Assembly: GCA_000165425.1 (NCBI GenBank)
Contig: CT868385.1
Span: forward strand, 124,001 to 188,000
DNA length: 64,000 bases
Origin: Paramecium tetraurelia
Taxonomy: Eukaryota
Direction: 5' to 3'
A program made the translations under genes and the position numbers. Positions 37,885 through 52,104 of the stretch are shown one piece after another. The number at the start of each line of letters is the position of its first letter. Positions within the stretch are counted from its first letter, which is position 1. The notes beneath the pieces were generated by a model. The model was not told the origin of the DNA. It ran no database searches and saw only the letters and a program-made list of their open reading frames with translations.

Positions 37885-40377
37885 TCATTCCTGAAACCTT
37901 TAGTTAGTAATGTGGGATAATATAGTAGTCATGGTGCGATCCTCATTAGAATTTTTCATATCTTTTTTGAAAGTTGGCATTTTCGATAAATTTCTCTTAA
38001 TATTTTATTATGTAGTATCATTATCTCTTATAAACAGTCTTTTATCCACTAAAATATGAATAGATAATTACAATCAATGACACCAAAACACTTTTCATTT
38101 TGCATTAGTAAATTGCTTTGAATCATGAAGGTTTCCAAAACCTTATGTCCAAAAGTTACAAAAATTCTAACAGAATCTTCAGCACAGAAATTATTGATTT
38201 TCTATGCTATAACATCACTTTCTTGTCTGACAAAGGTTTTGATCTCAGTCTACATAACTCTTGTTTTTAAGAACATTTCATTTAGATTTACAGTCTTGAA
38301 ACATGAAGCTTTGCTGGAAGTGCTGCCATTATTTTCTTTGCATTATGGTGATAATGGCTCTTAACATAACAATTTTCGATTAGGTTTTTGGTTGTTAATA
38401 AAGAATTAGTAGCAATTATCAGACAAAAAGGGATCTAAGGATTACACATGAACAGAGAAATTCCATAACATAGTTTATTGATTAATTCTATTAATTTCTA
38501 ATTTAGATTTCATAACATTATGTGATCTATTCTTAGAATCAATTTTAACTCCATCTAAAATTAATAACAATAAATATACCTGGACATATCATTGAGTAGT
38601 CAAGCTAAAAGTTATTTTTATTTGGAACATAAATTAGGATATGGTATTGATTAATAAGACTGTAGTAATCTGGTATCATAGGAATATTCAGAACTTAACC
38701 AGTTGAATTGGCTAAAACATCGAAATCATAGGAAACTTATAAGAATCCTTTTCGTTAAGCATGGACTCTAACTTACTTGAACATCAATCCTGGACAATTA
38801 AACAATCCCTAATCATTTGTCATTCCAATAATCGGTTCTTAATCAGCTTAATCTGATTAGAATACTTCCAATCTACAATTTTCAATGTCTTTATGTTATC
38901 CACTTCTTAACAGAATATTATAAACTCTAAATTAAAGAGTAGTTTCTACACAACTTACTAAATCAAATTCAATTTTCACATTTGTGTTTCCTTGCAAAAA
39001 GATGGTCCTCTTTTAGGAGAAGCAATCCTTTTTTGAAACATCAATAACATATTCTTATTTGTCTCTTCCATAAAATATAAATGCTTATTCATTAGAATCA
39101 TAGGTTAATGTTTCAGTAATGTTTTTAGTAATATTGACAGTAGCATCTTCAGGAGCTTTGACAATGCATTTAATAAGATCTGTTCTTTCCACTCTTGTAG
39201 AAACATAAACAGTGTCAGTGTTTTCATCCAGTAATTCATCTACATTTAGTTATGATTTAGTAGTTTATATGCAATTTCCACTTATTTCTATTTCATATGA
39301 ATTAGTTTACTAAACTAAATCAATAAATTTAGCCTCTTCAAAACAAGTGATTGGGATTGTCTAAGAAAATAATTTAACAGTGAATTTCTTTTCTGGTGAT
39401 TATACCTTTTGTTTTGAACCAGAAAGATCAATTTATGAAACATTAGTTTGGGTCATCCATGCTTGGGATTTAGTGGGTGAAAAGTAAACTCTTACTGATT
39501 TTTCCATATCTCTAATATTTTCTGTGCTTTTGTAGATATCTAATTTAGATGCACTTTTCTATCCACTTCCTGCTTATTAACAAAATGAGGTTCTGATTAC
39601 AATCTACTTAGTTGGAGTTTATGCTGATTATACTGTGGGTACTTCTCTCTAACGGACAGTTACTTGAAGTCCTTCCAAAATGCTTTTTTACATTCCATCT
39701 TCACAAACTGGCACTACATGTTTGATTGGACAATCAACATTAACTGTTAAATTAAATTTCTTTAAATGCAGCCATACCAAATCTCCAATCAATTTAGGTG
39801 TGATTTATTCTTTTGAAAATTGACGGGAATATAAAACAACTGCATGAACATCTGGTTAGAATAGTTGAATCTATAAATAATGATCAGGATGATTGATTTA
39901 TTAACGAAACACCTTGATAAATGGAAATCTAAAAATATTAGAAAACACGTACTTTCTATTTATTGTTTGTTTTATTTCATCCAAAAGATCTTAAAATGCT
40001 TCCCTAGTCTCATCTACGCCAGTACTCTTAAACTTTGGATTATAACAACTCTATATTGAAACTGCGATTTGATTTGATTTCAACTAATCAAACTCACTCA
40101 AATTAGCAAATGATGCCTTCTCCTGTAATGATGAAAGTATATTTCTTAATAACTCTTTGTACTGCATTGTAATTTTGGTTGTAGTTGTTGGTACCATATT
40201 GTCATTAAAAAAACTAAACTCGTTTATACTCTATACCTCACTTTGGATTTGAACTTAAATCTATTCGGAGATTGCTAAGAATTTATACTGCTGGTTGTTT
40301 AGAACATAATTTTATAATTGATCGTTAAAAAATTAAAAAAGGTTTTTGCGGGGTTTATAAACTCTATTTCTTATCAT
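37885..40377 (-). CDS. Hypothetical protein of about 800 aa; start uncertain
   Basis: Long open ciliate-code frame with short introns; no domain confidently recognised. Confidence 0.6.
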
Positions 40378-41108
40378 TCTTTTATTTCATTTCAGGATCT
40401 AAAACTCATTCTCAATTTACAAAGCTAACTGAATCTGAAACAAATTCTGTAAGTAAACATGTCTTCTATTGCAACCCATCTATTATAATCTAATAGAAAA
40501 TATAATTAAAAATTTCAAAAAGTTGTTTATTAATTTATTCATTTAGGAGTGCTGTTAAAGTGATTGTGAGCTTAAGTTATTCCTAAATAACTCATTGCCT
40601 AATATCGTCATAAAAAGCAATTTTAATATTTAAGCGGATATTTGCTATGTGGCGATCTAATTATTCTAGATGGATCTTAGATAAAATCTTATATAGAATA
40701 GATCTTAAAAAATAAATGACTATTTCAATTGTTGATCTCTTTAATAAATAATTTAAATTATGGTCCTATTATTCCAAACTCACATCACTCAGAAGAGATT
40801 TACTAATTATACATAACAATTTCTTAAATATCTTAGTTTTGCATAAAATTCAATAAGAACCTCTCTCTATAATATTAGTGTTCTTCATGAATTCAACCAA
40901 ATATTGAAGCCTAACAATATAGAAATAGAGAGATTTAAAAAAATTGAGATCTTCAGAGATTTTTTCAGTTTTTTATAAAAGTAATACTGTTAATTAGGCT
41001 TAATGAATGGGAAGTACATACATCCTGTAACTAATTGAGATTTTATTATATATTCAAGAATGTTAGTCTTTATGTATTTAAGTAATTTATTAAATTCCAC
41101 TTAATTTT

Positions 41109-43858
41109 ATGAAGGAGCTTTAAAAAAACTCAATCTTAAAACAATGGCCACACTATTAAAAAATATTGAAATCTTCAAAATATTCTTAATGGAAGCAGAA
41201 TGATTTAGTCTGTAAAAGAAGCATGTTTTATCATACTGCAATTGCTCTTAGTGCCTTTTATGTGTTGATTAGCCTAATTGTAGAAATTATAGAAATGGAA
41301 AATATGAGGAATATTGTACAATTAACACTTTTTATAGTCTCAGAGATCGTAATTATATGCATCTACTCTTTTTGTAAGAAAATCTAGATTTACTTCCTTA
41401 TATAATATTGCCTAATTACGGTTTATATCTTGGTAACAGTACAAAATGAGGAAAAAAATAAGATCTTCATTTTCCTATATTTGATACTCGTAAATAGCCA
41501 TTCTAACATAATAATAAAGATTTTGCTCTATTTATATTTTAGCTTCACGATAATATTTTTTTACAAGCTGGAAACCCTTGAGGTTTGCATCATATGTATA
41601 ATAGCTTTTATTCACAACTCTTAGTTGGAATTACATTTCATTGGCAATTACATAAAATAGTTAAAGCTACTATCTATTATTGAGCAAATGCCTAGTGCAG
41701 TTTGCATCTTAGATTAAAACACGAAATAGATAACATACTCTAATTAATTATTTGAGAAATTAGCCTAGACACTGCAAGTGAGTGATGAACTGGCCCAATC
41801 CATAAATAATTCGAGCAAAGAATAATAGCAAATCGATTTTATAAGAAATCTAAATTTAGAAGAAATAAAAAATGATGGATTTCAAATATCCGATTTCATT
41901 CCCTAAATAAATGATGAAGGCATAACAGACGATTAGTATAAGATAGTTAATGTGGATTTTAAAAGATAACCATCACAAAATACATTATAAAATGTGAGTT
42001 TTATGTGTCCAAATTCAGCTTCATTAAAAAAGAAATCCAAAGACATTTTCAGCGATATCAATACTAATGATTATTTGCTAAATTCTTCAAGAAAAAGCTA
42101 TGTTACAACAATCCATCTCTAAATTTAAATAAGTCATTAACCTAAATCCTTTATTCTATCTGCAAAAACCAAAAGAAGGAAGAAGTCCTCAAACAACATG
42201 AACCTCAGCAAATAAAGTTCGAGAAATTTAGGTTAATTTTCTAAAGTTTAGGATATATAGAATTCTATGTATTGCGACAATCTGAAATTATCTCCAAACC
42301 ATACAGAAACCCTCAATCACAATTTAGTTGAACATACAGAATAATTTAAATGTGTTAATGATGGGTTTGGATAATAATCAAGTACTAGCCATAAGGTAAG
42401 ATTGATGGTTAATTTGATACAGATTAGTGATGTGTTGAATGAAGAACAAGATTATTAAATTTATTGTATTAATGAATTGAGTCCTTTGCTTTTGTAGTAT
42501 ACGGTAAAGAAATTAGAATAAGCCAAGAAAACTATAATGAGATCGTTGTCTCATGAATTAAGAACTAGTATTAATGCAGTCAATGGCTACATCAGTGAAG
42601 CTTATGAGAGGATAGATAATATTCAGCAACTTAATAAGAATTTAGAATTGTCATTGAAATACATAAATTTGATGAAGTTAAAACTTTAAGATTTTTTTGA
42701 TTACAGAGATATTTTAGAAGACCAATTTGAATTGAAGGTAGAGAAATTTGATTTAAACATTGCAATCAATCTCTGTGTAGATTTAATCAAAGTTTAATGT
42801 TAGGAGAAGAAACTAAATCTCAATGTGGAAATGCCCTCTGAAACGATTATAGCCATAGGGGATAAGAATAGATTTTAGTAAGTATTGATTAACCTATTAA
42901 CAAATGGGATTAAGTTCACATAATAAGGAGGAATAACAATTCAAGTGAGCAGGGACTTTTAACTGGATTCCATTTCAGGATTAGAGGAGGTGAGGGAGAT
43001 TAAATTACAATAGTTGGTGCAGATAAGAATTATTGATAGTGGCATTGGAATGAAGGAGGAATTGAAGGGAATACTCAATAAGAAAGTAATATTAATGTTT
43101 ATTATTTAGTTTCTATATGTGGATGATGATCCAAAAATATCCAAAGATTCGGTTGGGATAGGATTAGGTTTGAGTGTTTGTCAGCACATTATTAAAGCTA
43201 TGGGTCCTTAAGGGTTGAATAGTTTGTTCTTAGAATCAATAATGGGAGGGGGATCATAGTTTTACTTTTTTTTAAATTATGATTCGATAAAAAAGTATCA
43301 CAGCGACCAAGATATTCCTGAATCAGAAAATAAGGAATAAACAATAGTAAGATTGAGTCCAACCAAGAGAAGCTTACTTAAACAAATTGTATTCATTTGT
43401 TATTTGTTATTTATTAGGTGACCTACCAAAATGATGCTTGCAATTCCAATGATATTTTGATCGTTGACGATGAACATTTCAATTTAGATATTTTGGCAAA
43501 CATAATTCATAATTTGAATTCACATCATAAGAAGTATGAAATCACTAGGGCCTTTAATGGATCTCAAGCTTTGGAGAAGATCAAATAGAAAAGAATACAG
43601 AATTGTTGTTGTCTTGGATTCAAAGCAATTTTGATGGACATCAACATGCCTATTATGAATGGTTGGGATTGTGCCAAATAAATCAGAATATTCGAAGATT
43701 AATATAAGGTTTAGAGGAAAATCCCAATTATAGCTATCACTGGATATAGTGGAAAAAAAGACTTGGAAAAATGTTTCAAATACGGATTTGATTATGTATC
43801 TACAAAACCTACTGATAAATAAAAAATATTGAAGATATTTTAAGAATTTAATATATGA
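41109..43858 (+). CDS. Membrane-bound hybrid histidine kinase (multi-TM, PAS-like, HisKA, HATPase, receiver)
   Basis: H-box SHELRTSINAV; N-box QVLINLLTNGIKFT; G1 IIDSGIGM; G2 GIGLGLSVC; receiver ILIVDDEHFN...ILMDINMPIMNG...IIAITG...TKP. Confidence 0.93.
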
Positions 43859-43998
43859 TGTAATAAATGTTTGTACTTTTATTAATTATACTATACATAA
43901 AATTGAAATATTTCTATCAATTATAAAATCATATCATTTAGAATTAATAAAGAGCATTATTATTTTCTACTTAAAAACTGATATAGAAATATTAAAGA

Positions 43999-46164
43999 TC
44001 ATTATAGCCTATTCTAAAAACTATCAGGGGATTAATTCATATCTAAATCTTTAAAAGATTCTTTGCTACCAATGGCTTCAGAGTGGTTCTTAGCTTCATC
44101 AAATTCATCTGGTACTTCTAACTTAAAATTTTCTTCTGATTATTTTATTTAATCTGAATTTTATACAACTTCCTCTGTAAAATAATTCTTTTAAACCAAT
44201 CTAAACAAACTCTAATTCTACATAGCAAATTGCATTAATTATTTGTTTGTTTGCCAATTATAGTTCTTATTCTGAGTTACCTTTTAAAAGTTTTCTACCA
44301 AATCTTCTGCATTTTCAGCCCCTAATTAAGCTTTGAAGAACCTTGCCAATTTAGCTAGTCTTACATTTATCGGAACTAAATTTACAAAACTACATTACTT
44401 GTTGATGTTGCAGCATATTGATAGAGATTCTAGTTATCAATATTCAGTTAAGTGTTAGGCTACTAGAGTGGATTTATTGATCTCATTTATTTGGCATTAG
44501 CTCTCAAAATATCAAATAGTTCTTTTTAGTCTGACATATGGTCTTAAAACACAGGAGAACTAAAAGTATTAAACAACACCAATTAATCATCATCAAATAA
44601 GAACAACTTCAAACAATCAATTTCATAAAGCTTTTTAAGAATATTTGTTAGATCTAAATCAAGTTCTATCTTCGACTTAGCTATCTAAGATATAACTAAC
44701 TCTTTTTCATCAGATAATCGGATGCACTGTCCAAAAATAGTTTTGATTAACCTTCTAATCTAATAAAGAAGAAATTTATGAAAAGAATAATTAATCGTAT
44801 AATCTAAAATCTAAAAGCGTACTAATTTTTAATACCTATTGCAATTATATTTTCTAATTTTTGCTATCTACAGAGTTTGATCTTTTAGGAATCTATGATT
44901 AATGAATATGAGTTTGTTTTCTTTGTTAGACAGCTTTGAAATCAAATTTAAAAACAGAATTCATCAGGATTTCAAATGTCTTATGCTGATTATAATACTT
45001 ATAAACTATTTTTATGGTTTGCATTACAGCCAGACATAGAGCAGTGGCTTCAGATACAGCTGATAATATTATTGATGGAAGATCCTATTGATTAATAAAA
45101 TAATAAGATGTGTCAGATGATGCTCTAATTTAATATTCAAATACATTATTACCTTAAATAAAATGTGCAAAGTGAAGCCCCAGAGACTATCGATATTGGT
45201 TCTTATCTTCTTTCTTATCTCTGAACTACAGAACTATTGTAAAGTATTTCAGTATCTTCAATATTAAATAAATCACTGAAAAACAGAATTTTCCCTATGT
45301 CACAATTAAAATAGATACTCAAGTCCATTTATAAAGGCTGCATGTAAATATCTTCATTATCTCCAATACCAGTGGTTAATCTCCAGAATATGTTTGTTGA
45401 AAAGATATCCGCTGGATCGGTGTAATTAAGAGATTGTTTAATCTTAGATCCTCTAATGAACATATCTACATTAACTCTACTGATTATTCAAATATTACCC
45501 TTTGTTTATAAAATCTTCAATCTCCTTAGCTGACTTGCAAGAATTGCTTGTGTGATTATTACATACATTCACAGTCAATTTTATGTAAGCAAAATAAGGC
45601 TCATAGAATTAGCCTTAAAGAGTGAAATCCCCATTAAAACAAATCAAGTTCTTTTACTATTCTTCAGTCATTGAGGCAGAGTTAAAATTGAATTTGGAGA
45701 TGGATTAGTCAGAACATTTAGTTTAATTTAATTGACTGTAATTTCTAGTAAATCCGATCTTTCCTTCCACTCTTTACTACTAAATATATTAAGCGTTTAA
45801 TGTGAAATAACTAAATGAATCGATATAATTTATAGTACTCCTTAACATCTGTATTATTATTCAAAATTGTCCCATTTAATGTTGAAATTTCAAGTGAAAA
45901 GATTGTGTTCTCATTACTTAAAACGAATTCGGCATTTTGATCACTTTGAGAACCTGCATAAATGGCTGTTTAATTTTAGATGCTTCTTTAAAAGACACCT
46001 ATAATATAGAACGATGTGAAAACTAAGAGCAATATGCTCAGAAATCCACCTATAAATTAATTTATCTTAGAACCTATTGGAGTTAAGGATTTCTATTTAT
46101 GAGAAATGTTAAATTCATAAGGATCAACCAACAAATCAGCTCTCTTTAATAGATTGCTTAACAT
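43999..46164 (-). CDS. Two-TM membrane protein with a large extracellular loop (ciliate-type hypothetical family)
   Basis: MLSNLLKRADLLVDPYEFNI...TPIGGFLSILLLVFTSFYII; second hydrophobic segment after RQERRQEPISIVSGA. Confidence 0.7.
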
Positions 46165-46263
46165 AATTTATAAAAATAAATTTTGAATAATTATTAACAA
46201 GAATACTATAGAAAAAAGGAGAAAAAAAAGTGATAAGGTAATATAGATGATATATTGTATTTT

Positions 46264-47616
46264 TCATGCACTTGGCTATTCTTTTCTCTATCTCATCTAA
46301 ATAAATAGGGATGTATACTTCATTGATAACTGATTTAACAAAATTTGGATAAACTTTCCACAAAAGTAAACAATAATCTAAAATTCTATCATTGTATTTA
46401 AATTCTCCGTTGTCGTCAATCGTGAATCCTATTTCTGATAACTTTTGATGATTCTATTTCATGTGATTCTTCAATTAATTAGGTCGCTTATAACCTTTCT
46501 AACACCTATGATAAGGACACTTGAAAAAGTTCTTATCAGCACTATAAGGTTGCGATTTGAATTGTTTAATGCGAACTTCTTCGAATAAACGCTTAATCTT
46601 CTCTTCAGGAGTGGAATTCTCTAAGTTTAAATCGAATTTATTACTTTTGTCTATTGCCTCTCTCTATCTCTATACAAAATCCTCACTTACCAAGGGAAAT
46701 AAATTTTAAAGATCTTTTCCAGAGACATCAGGAGGTACTTCTTCTTCTTCCTATTCTTTTTCTGGTTCTTTACTAACATCTGGTTTGATAGGTTGTTTTT
46801 TAGCTATTTCTGGTTGGACTTACTATTCTGGTGGTGGTGCTTAAATATCAAAGGCTGTGAATTTGGTTTTAGGAATTGATAGAGATTTGAAATAATCTTA
46901 GAGCACCTTTTTGGCAGCAAGGAAACTATTTCCTGATTTCAAGTACCATTCTCTTTAGAATTTCATTTAAATTTAAACAATTTGAGCTTCATTTTTACCT
47001 ATTGATTAATGATTGAGTTTACTTGCAATATCTTAATGTAAACATTAGATCTACTTTTTAATTTAATCATTCTTAGTTTGTTTGATTTAGGCTCTAGTTA
47101 AGATGGTTACGATATTATCATTTCCATTGACTTCAATTTCATCTGTATCTTCCAATTTAATTTCAATTTTTAGTTTGGACTATTATTGATAGGGATAGGT
47201 CGATGGTAAAAAGTGATTAACATTTTACTCCTCATCTTTTTAATCCCTAACTGGTTTATCTAGAGTGAGGATTTGCAAAATTCTAATTCCGAGTTAGAAT
47301 TTTAATAAGATGTCTTATTGATCGTTTAGGAAGATTGTACTAAGTAAATTATTAATTGGAGAAATACTTGACAGCAGGGTTAGATTGCAATGTAAATTGT
47401 ACTTTCTCCTAGAAGATGTCTTGATGTATTATAAATCAATTTACTTAATACCTAAGGTCCGGTTGCAGATCTAATACCACCAGGAAGGTAGGGATAATTA
47501 CCTTGTATTCGATTTCTGGGAATTGCTCCTGGGTTTTTTTGAGATTGATTGAATGATTCAATGAGGGTTTATAGATTCTTGTCTAGAGCAAATGAGTTTT
47601 AAAACTTAGGAAGCAT
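46264..47616 (-). CDS. C2H2 zinc-finger protein
   Basis: FKCPYHRCQKGYKRPNQLKNHMKQNH; Pro/Glu-rich linker; 5' exon structure uncertain. Confidence 0.75.
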
Positions 47617-47718
47617 AATAAATTAATTAAATATATATTTAATTTAAATACAATTGAATAAAATGAATAGACTAAGAAATTATGAATATTAATAATATGT
47701 TTCTTATTTTATTATTTT

Positions 47719-48814
47719 TCAATTATTGCTTTGACTCTTCTATTTGCGTACATAGATCTATTGGATATCTGGCTAGACAGACAAACTTGAAAGTCTAGAA
47801 AAAATAAATAATTTAATATAAACGCCTTCTGTGATCTAAATTGATCTTCATGAATGTTTTTAGGTTGTTTCTGCTTGTGAATGATGTATTCTGAGATAAC
47901 CCTAGGGATTGCATCATGAATGGATAGTTTTGCTTATTCGGAAAGAATCCATCCTGTTCGATCTGATAATCCATTTTCAAGATTCCAGTTTCTTGTTTGA
48001 ATTTGAGATTGCCATAGATTGACTCCTGCGTCTTCTGTCTCTCTTCTTCATTCATAATTTAATATTGGAAATTGACTCCAATTTATTTCGCATAGCCAAG
48101 TCTAAAATATAGCCAATTATCAAAATGAGAGGGATTTTGGAGACTTTTCAAACTCCATTATTTGCCTCCCATGATGCTTTTATTTTTTAATGACATTATC
48201 ATTTTTGTTTTATCGATGAGAACAGCGTTCAAATGATCGCCTACTTGAATTTTCTCAAAGTTTATATAGTAGGTGAAAATGGAGAAGTCCTCGATCTTAA
48301 TATAAATGTGATTGCATTACCACATCTTATTCATAAATGACTCCCTTCATTCTCATGACATTTATTTGACTTAGTTGTGAGAGCAAATGCTTTTATTTTT
48401 TGAATTATTAGAAATCAGCTTATCTCACTTGATGTTGGGATGTGAGACATTTGTCACTGAAGGCAAGAAACTTTTGTAAAATTACATCTAGCTTCCCTTT
48501 GACTGTGTTTTTTTTACTTACGATTACTTCAAAGATAAATCCAGGTTGCAGAATCTATGTTAATAAAATCTCTTACTTCATAGACAGCTTCACAATCCAT
48601 GCTTTCATCTGGAAACCCTACAGATGCAAATCCTAAATCTAATGCCTTATTTAAATAAGGGATTATTTATTATTACTTCTTCTTGTCTTTTCAGTTTTAC
48701 TGTAAGAGGTAATCGATTCAGATTTTCTCTAATAAACGCTCTCCAATAACTAATTGGGCTTATGTTTCAATATCTTAGATTGTTTATTATTACATAAATA
48801 ATTAAATTATCCAT
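47719..48814 (-). CDS. Hypothetical protein; both ends uncertain
   Basis: Open frame ...NPSHFDNWLYFRLGYAKQIGVNFQYQIMNEEERQKTQESIYGNLK...; several candidate introns. Confidence 0.45.
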
Positions 48815-48840
48815 AAATTAAAGTAAAAAAATTTGGTATA

Positions 48841-49260
48841 TCAAGACAATAACATGTTTTCTTTGTCAACCTAAAATATTCTTTACTTTTGCAAGACCTT
48901 GACATCACTTTGGTTTCTATGTTACATGAGAGTTTATCCAGTGTTAATGAAATTGACAGTGTCTGCAGGCTTTTGAATTGTATCATCAGTGTTGTCTAAT
49001 AACAATTCTTCATCCACGAATTTGTGATTGTCTTCCTCGTTGATCTCTAAATGATCTATATCTGATTGAGGATTGTCTTGATATAGATTATCTTAATCCT
49101 GATTCTCTTGATTTAAATCTTCTTATTTTGAATTTTGAATCACAACCTATATGGGTTCATCTACATTATTATTAACTACAGAAGGATCCTCTTACATTTG
49201 TCTATTACTGGCTTAATTTGACTATTTGGTAATTGGTTTACTAGAAGAACATGCTCCCAT
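48841..49260 (-). CDS. Small acidic protein (139 aa) with a dual-acylation-type N-terminus
   Basis: Intronless 420-nt ORF MGACSSSKPITKQ...; D/E/N/Q-rich. Confidence 0.75.
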
Positions 49261-49313
49261 TTCAAAATCGTTAATTATTTTAAAATTAAAAATATATTAT
49301 GTCTAATAATTTG

Positions 49314-52104
49314 TCAAAATTAAACGAAAGCAATATATAGATATATTGTACCTATCATCCAAGAATAACTACTGTCAATAACTGTAGTATTAGTCACCGT
49401 AGTCCCATTGCAAGCTAAACATTTATTCGTGGTCTTGTCCCAATAATGACTTTTGGCACTATTGATAAAACAAGTGTCTTCAGTTAAATCTGAAATGCTA
49501 GCTGATTGACAAGTCAACTGTATTTCTGCACAAACCTAATATTCAGTTTCACTAAAGGCAACTAAAGGGAGACAAGTACTACCAGAATTCTTGCTTTGAC
49601 AAGTGTAAGGTTTGCATGAACTTGAACCACCATTACTAGGTTTAGGAGTCCATTTGCAAATTTCTGACTTCTTCTTGCATCCTTTCTCAAATGAATTGGC
49701 ATCTTCACATTTAGTCATCACAGAACAAGTACTGTTATTCCATGTACAAACTCCATCTGTTCCATCGAATCCACAACTATTCTCAGTCTTATATGATGCA
49801 CATGTAGACTTAGCCACACAACTAGATGTATCTGCTAAACAATTGGCTAAGGTTGTACATTACTTGACATCTGTGATATCAGTGCATACTTTCAATCTAC
49901 ATTTACTATTCACTGTGTCAAAAATACAAGTGCCATCTGATCCATATTTGCATAAATCACTAATAGTGTAACCATCACATTTTTAGATATCAATACATTT
50001 GCTAGTATCAGTTGTACATTTAACATTTGCTAATTAACAGTCCCCATGAGTTGTCTTTATTATATCAGTGCATTTTTAATCTCTGCATTTTAATGTTGTT
50101 GTATCCCATTAACAAAACTTATTATCTGTTGTAATCTAACAGTTTATCTTGTATAGTATAATTGGAACATGCACTTGATAAGTCCATACATGTCTTTTTA
50201 TCTGAATTTACTGTGCATGTCTTTTTTTCACGAAAACATTAAAAATGAGTAGTAAAATTCATCTATGTGCATTTTGTAAACTTTTCGCAAATTGTATTAT
50301 TGCTTTTATCAAGATTTCTTACACAATCCCCATCTGTACCAACATAACATCCAGTTTATAGTGTCTTTGCACAACTTGTAATTGGTACACATTTTGTACC
50401 ATCAGTTGTACAATTGCTATTTGCTAGATTACAAAACTAATGAGTTGTACCAGATAAACTAGTGCAATCCTAAAAAAGGAAACATTAACTGTCAATCCAC
50501 AAACAAGGTCCTTCTATTGAAATAACACAACTTAGTGAAAGCTTATAGTCACTGCATTTGACTGCTTAAGTAATGCATTTTGTACCATCAGAAGTGCACG
50601 TATCTAATTAGTCGTTGCATTCAGAATGACTATAATAGACAAGGTCGGAACAGGTCTTGACTTTGCATGCTGAACTTAACCAAATGCATTTTTTATTTTA
50701 TGAGTCTGTTTTACAAGCAGCCTCTGTTTTCATATCAGTACAAGTTCCATTAGATGAACAACCTGCTCCAGTTGTATAACATTTATCTAAAAAATTGCTA
50801 CAGGCAGTATTAGTAGTCAAAGTTGTTGGGGCATTGGCACAAGTAAATGATACGCATTTGTTGTCTTACCAAATACATGATCCTAACTTAGTACATAATT
50901 GTGAGGTTAATGCATCTGTACATTACTTTTTAACACATTGAGTTTATCCAACGTTAGCAGTGCAAATACTTAAAAACTTATTACAATTTTCAGAAGTATA
51001 TGTATCAACTTATGCATTATCACAATTATAACTAACACATATTTACTTAGACTTATTCCAATAACATTAATTTCCATCAATAGTTGAAACACATTAAGAG
51101 ACTTATGAATAAGATGAGCATTCTGCTTCTCTCATTTTGCATCCCAGACCATCATCATCAATTGTGCAACTTGCTAAGAATTTCAAACATAATTGATCAT
51201 TGATGTAATCATCAGAGGCTTAAGAACAATTATAATCAACACACTTCCCAACATCTTTGCCATCCACTTAAGTTACTAGCCATAGACAATTTCCTTGAAT
51301 TCCAATTTTACACGTGTCCATAAATTTGTAATTTACGCATTCATCAATATCTTTACATGTACTAGATGTGCCATCCTATGTCTCTGCTAACACACAAGTT
51401 TCTTTGTACTTCTGGCATTCATCAACTGTTTTACCATTTCCATTTACACAAGTGTAATCATAACAAGTACTAGTTGTTTCATTCCATTTGCATTCCATAG
51501 TTTGATCTAAATTAGTTACACACTATGATTTAATTTTTTGATCACTGCAGTTCTTACCTGAATCAACACATCCTGAATTTGTTTCATTGACAGTGCATGT
51601 AGAAATACTTGATCGGCATTATTGATTTGTTTTTAAAGCAATAGGTAAATTTTTACAAGCAGCAACAGTCTTACATTTGGGATTTGCAGCGTCACTCTCA
51701 TCGTAATAACAATATTAATTGGTATTATCTATGTAGCATGATGTCTTTGTTAGATATGTATCACAAGTAGACAATGGAACACATCTTTCGCCATCTGATG
51801 TACACAGATCCGATATTTTATTACAAGCATCAAATGTTTTACCCAAATAAGCAGTACACCCAGCAAATGCTTAACATACATTTTCATACAATGCACATCC
51901 TCTAACAGGACATTATGCTATAGTGCTTGCCAATTTACAATAGGTTTCCTACTCTCTTTCCTTGCATTAACCATTCTCATATTTGCATAGTATTCTTTTG
52001 CAATCAGTTTCATTCTAAATTTGACTACAATTGCATGCCTTATCTAATACAGTATCGCAACTTATCAAAATCACTAAGAATAGTAACAATAATTTAGATA
52101 ACAT
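49314..52104 (-). CDS. Cys-rich surface-antigen-like protein (signal peptide, periodic Cys repeats, GPI-type C-terminus) carrying a +1 frameshift at ~50143-50145
   Basis: MLSKLLLLFLVILISC; CxW/CTSDG-type Cys-periodic repeats; hydrophobic C-terminus SYSWMIGTIYLYIAFVQF; span of 2791 nt = 3n+1. Confidence 0.88.

Noticed and set aside
50140..50150. Euplotes-style programmed +1 frameshift at an AAA codon
   Set aside because: That mechanism needs AAA followed by a stop codon; here AAA is followed by CTG, and TAA/TAG are sense codons in this organism
49314..52104. Periodic repeats that could be mistaken for a CRISPR or satellite array
   Set aside because: The periodicity is at the protein level (Cys spacing); there are no identical nucleotide direct repeats with spacers
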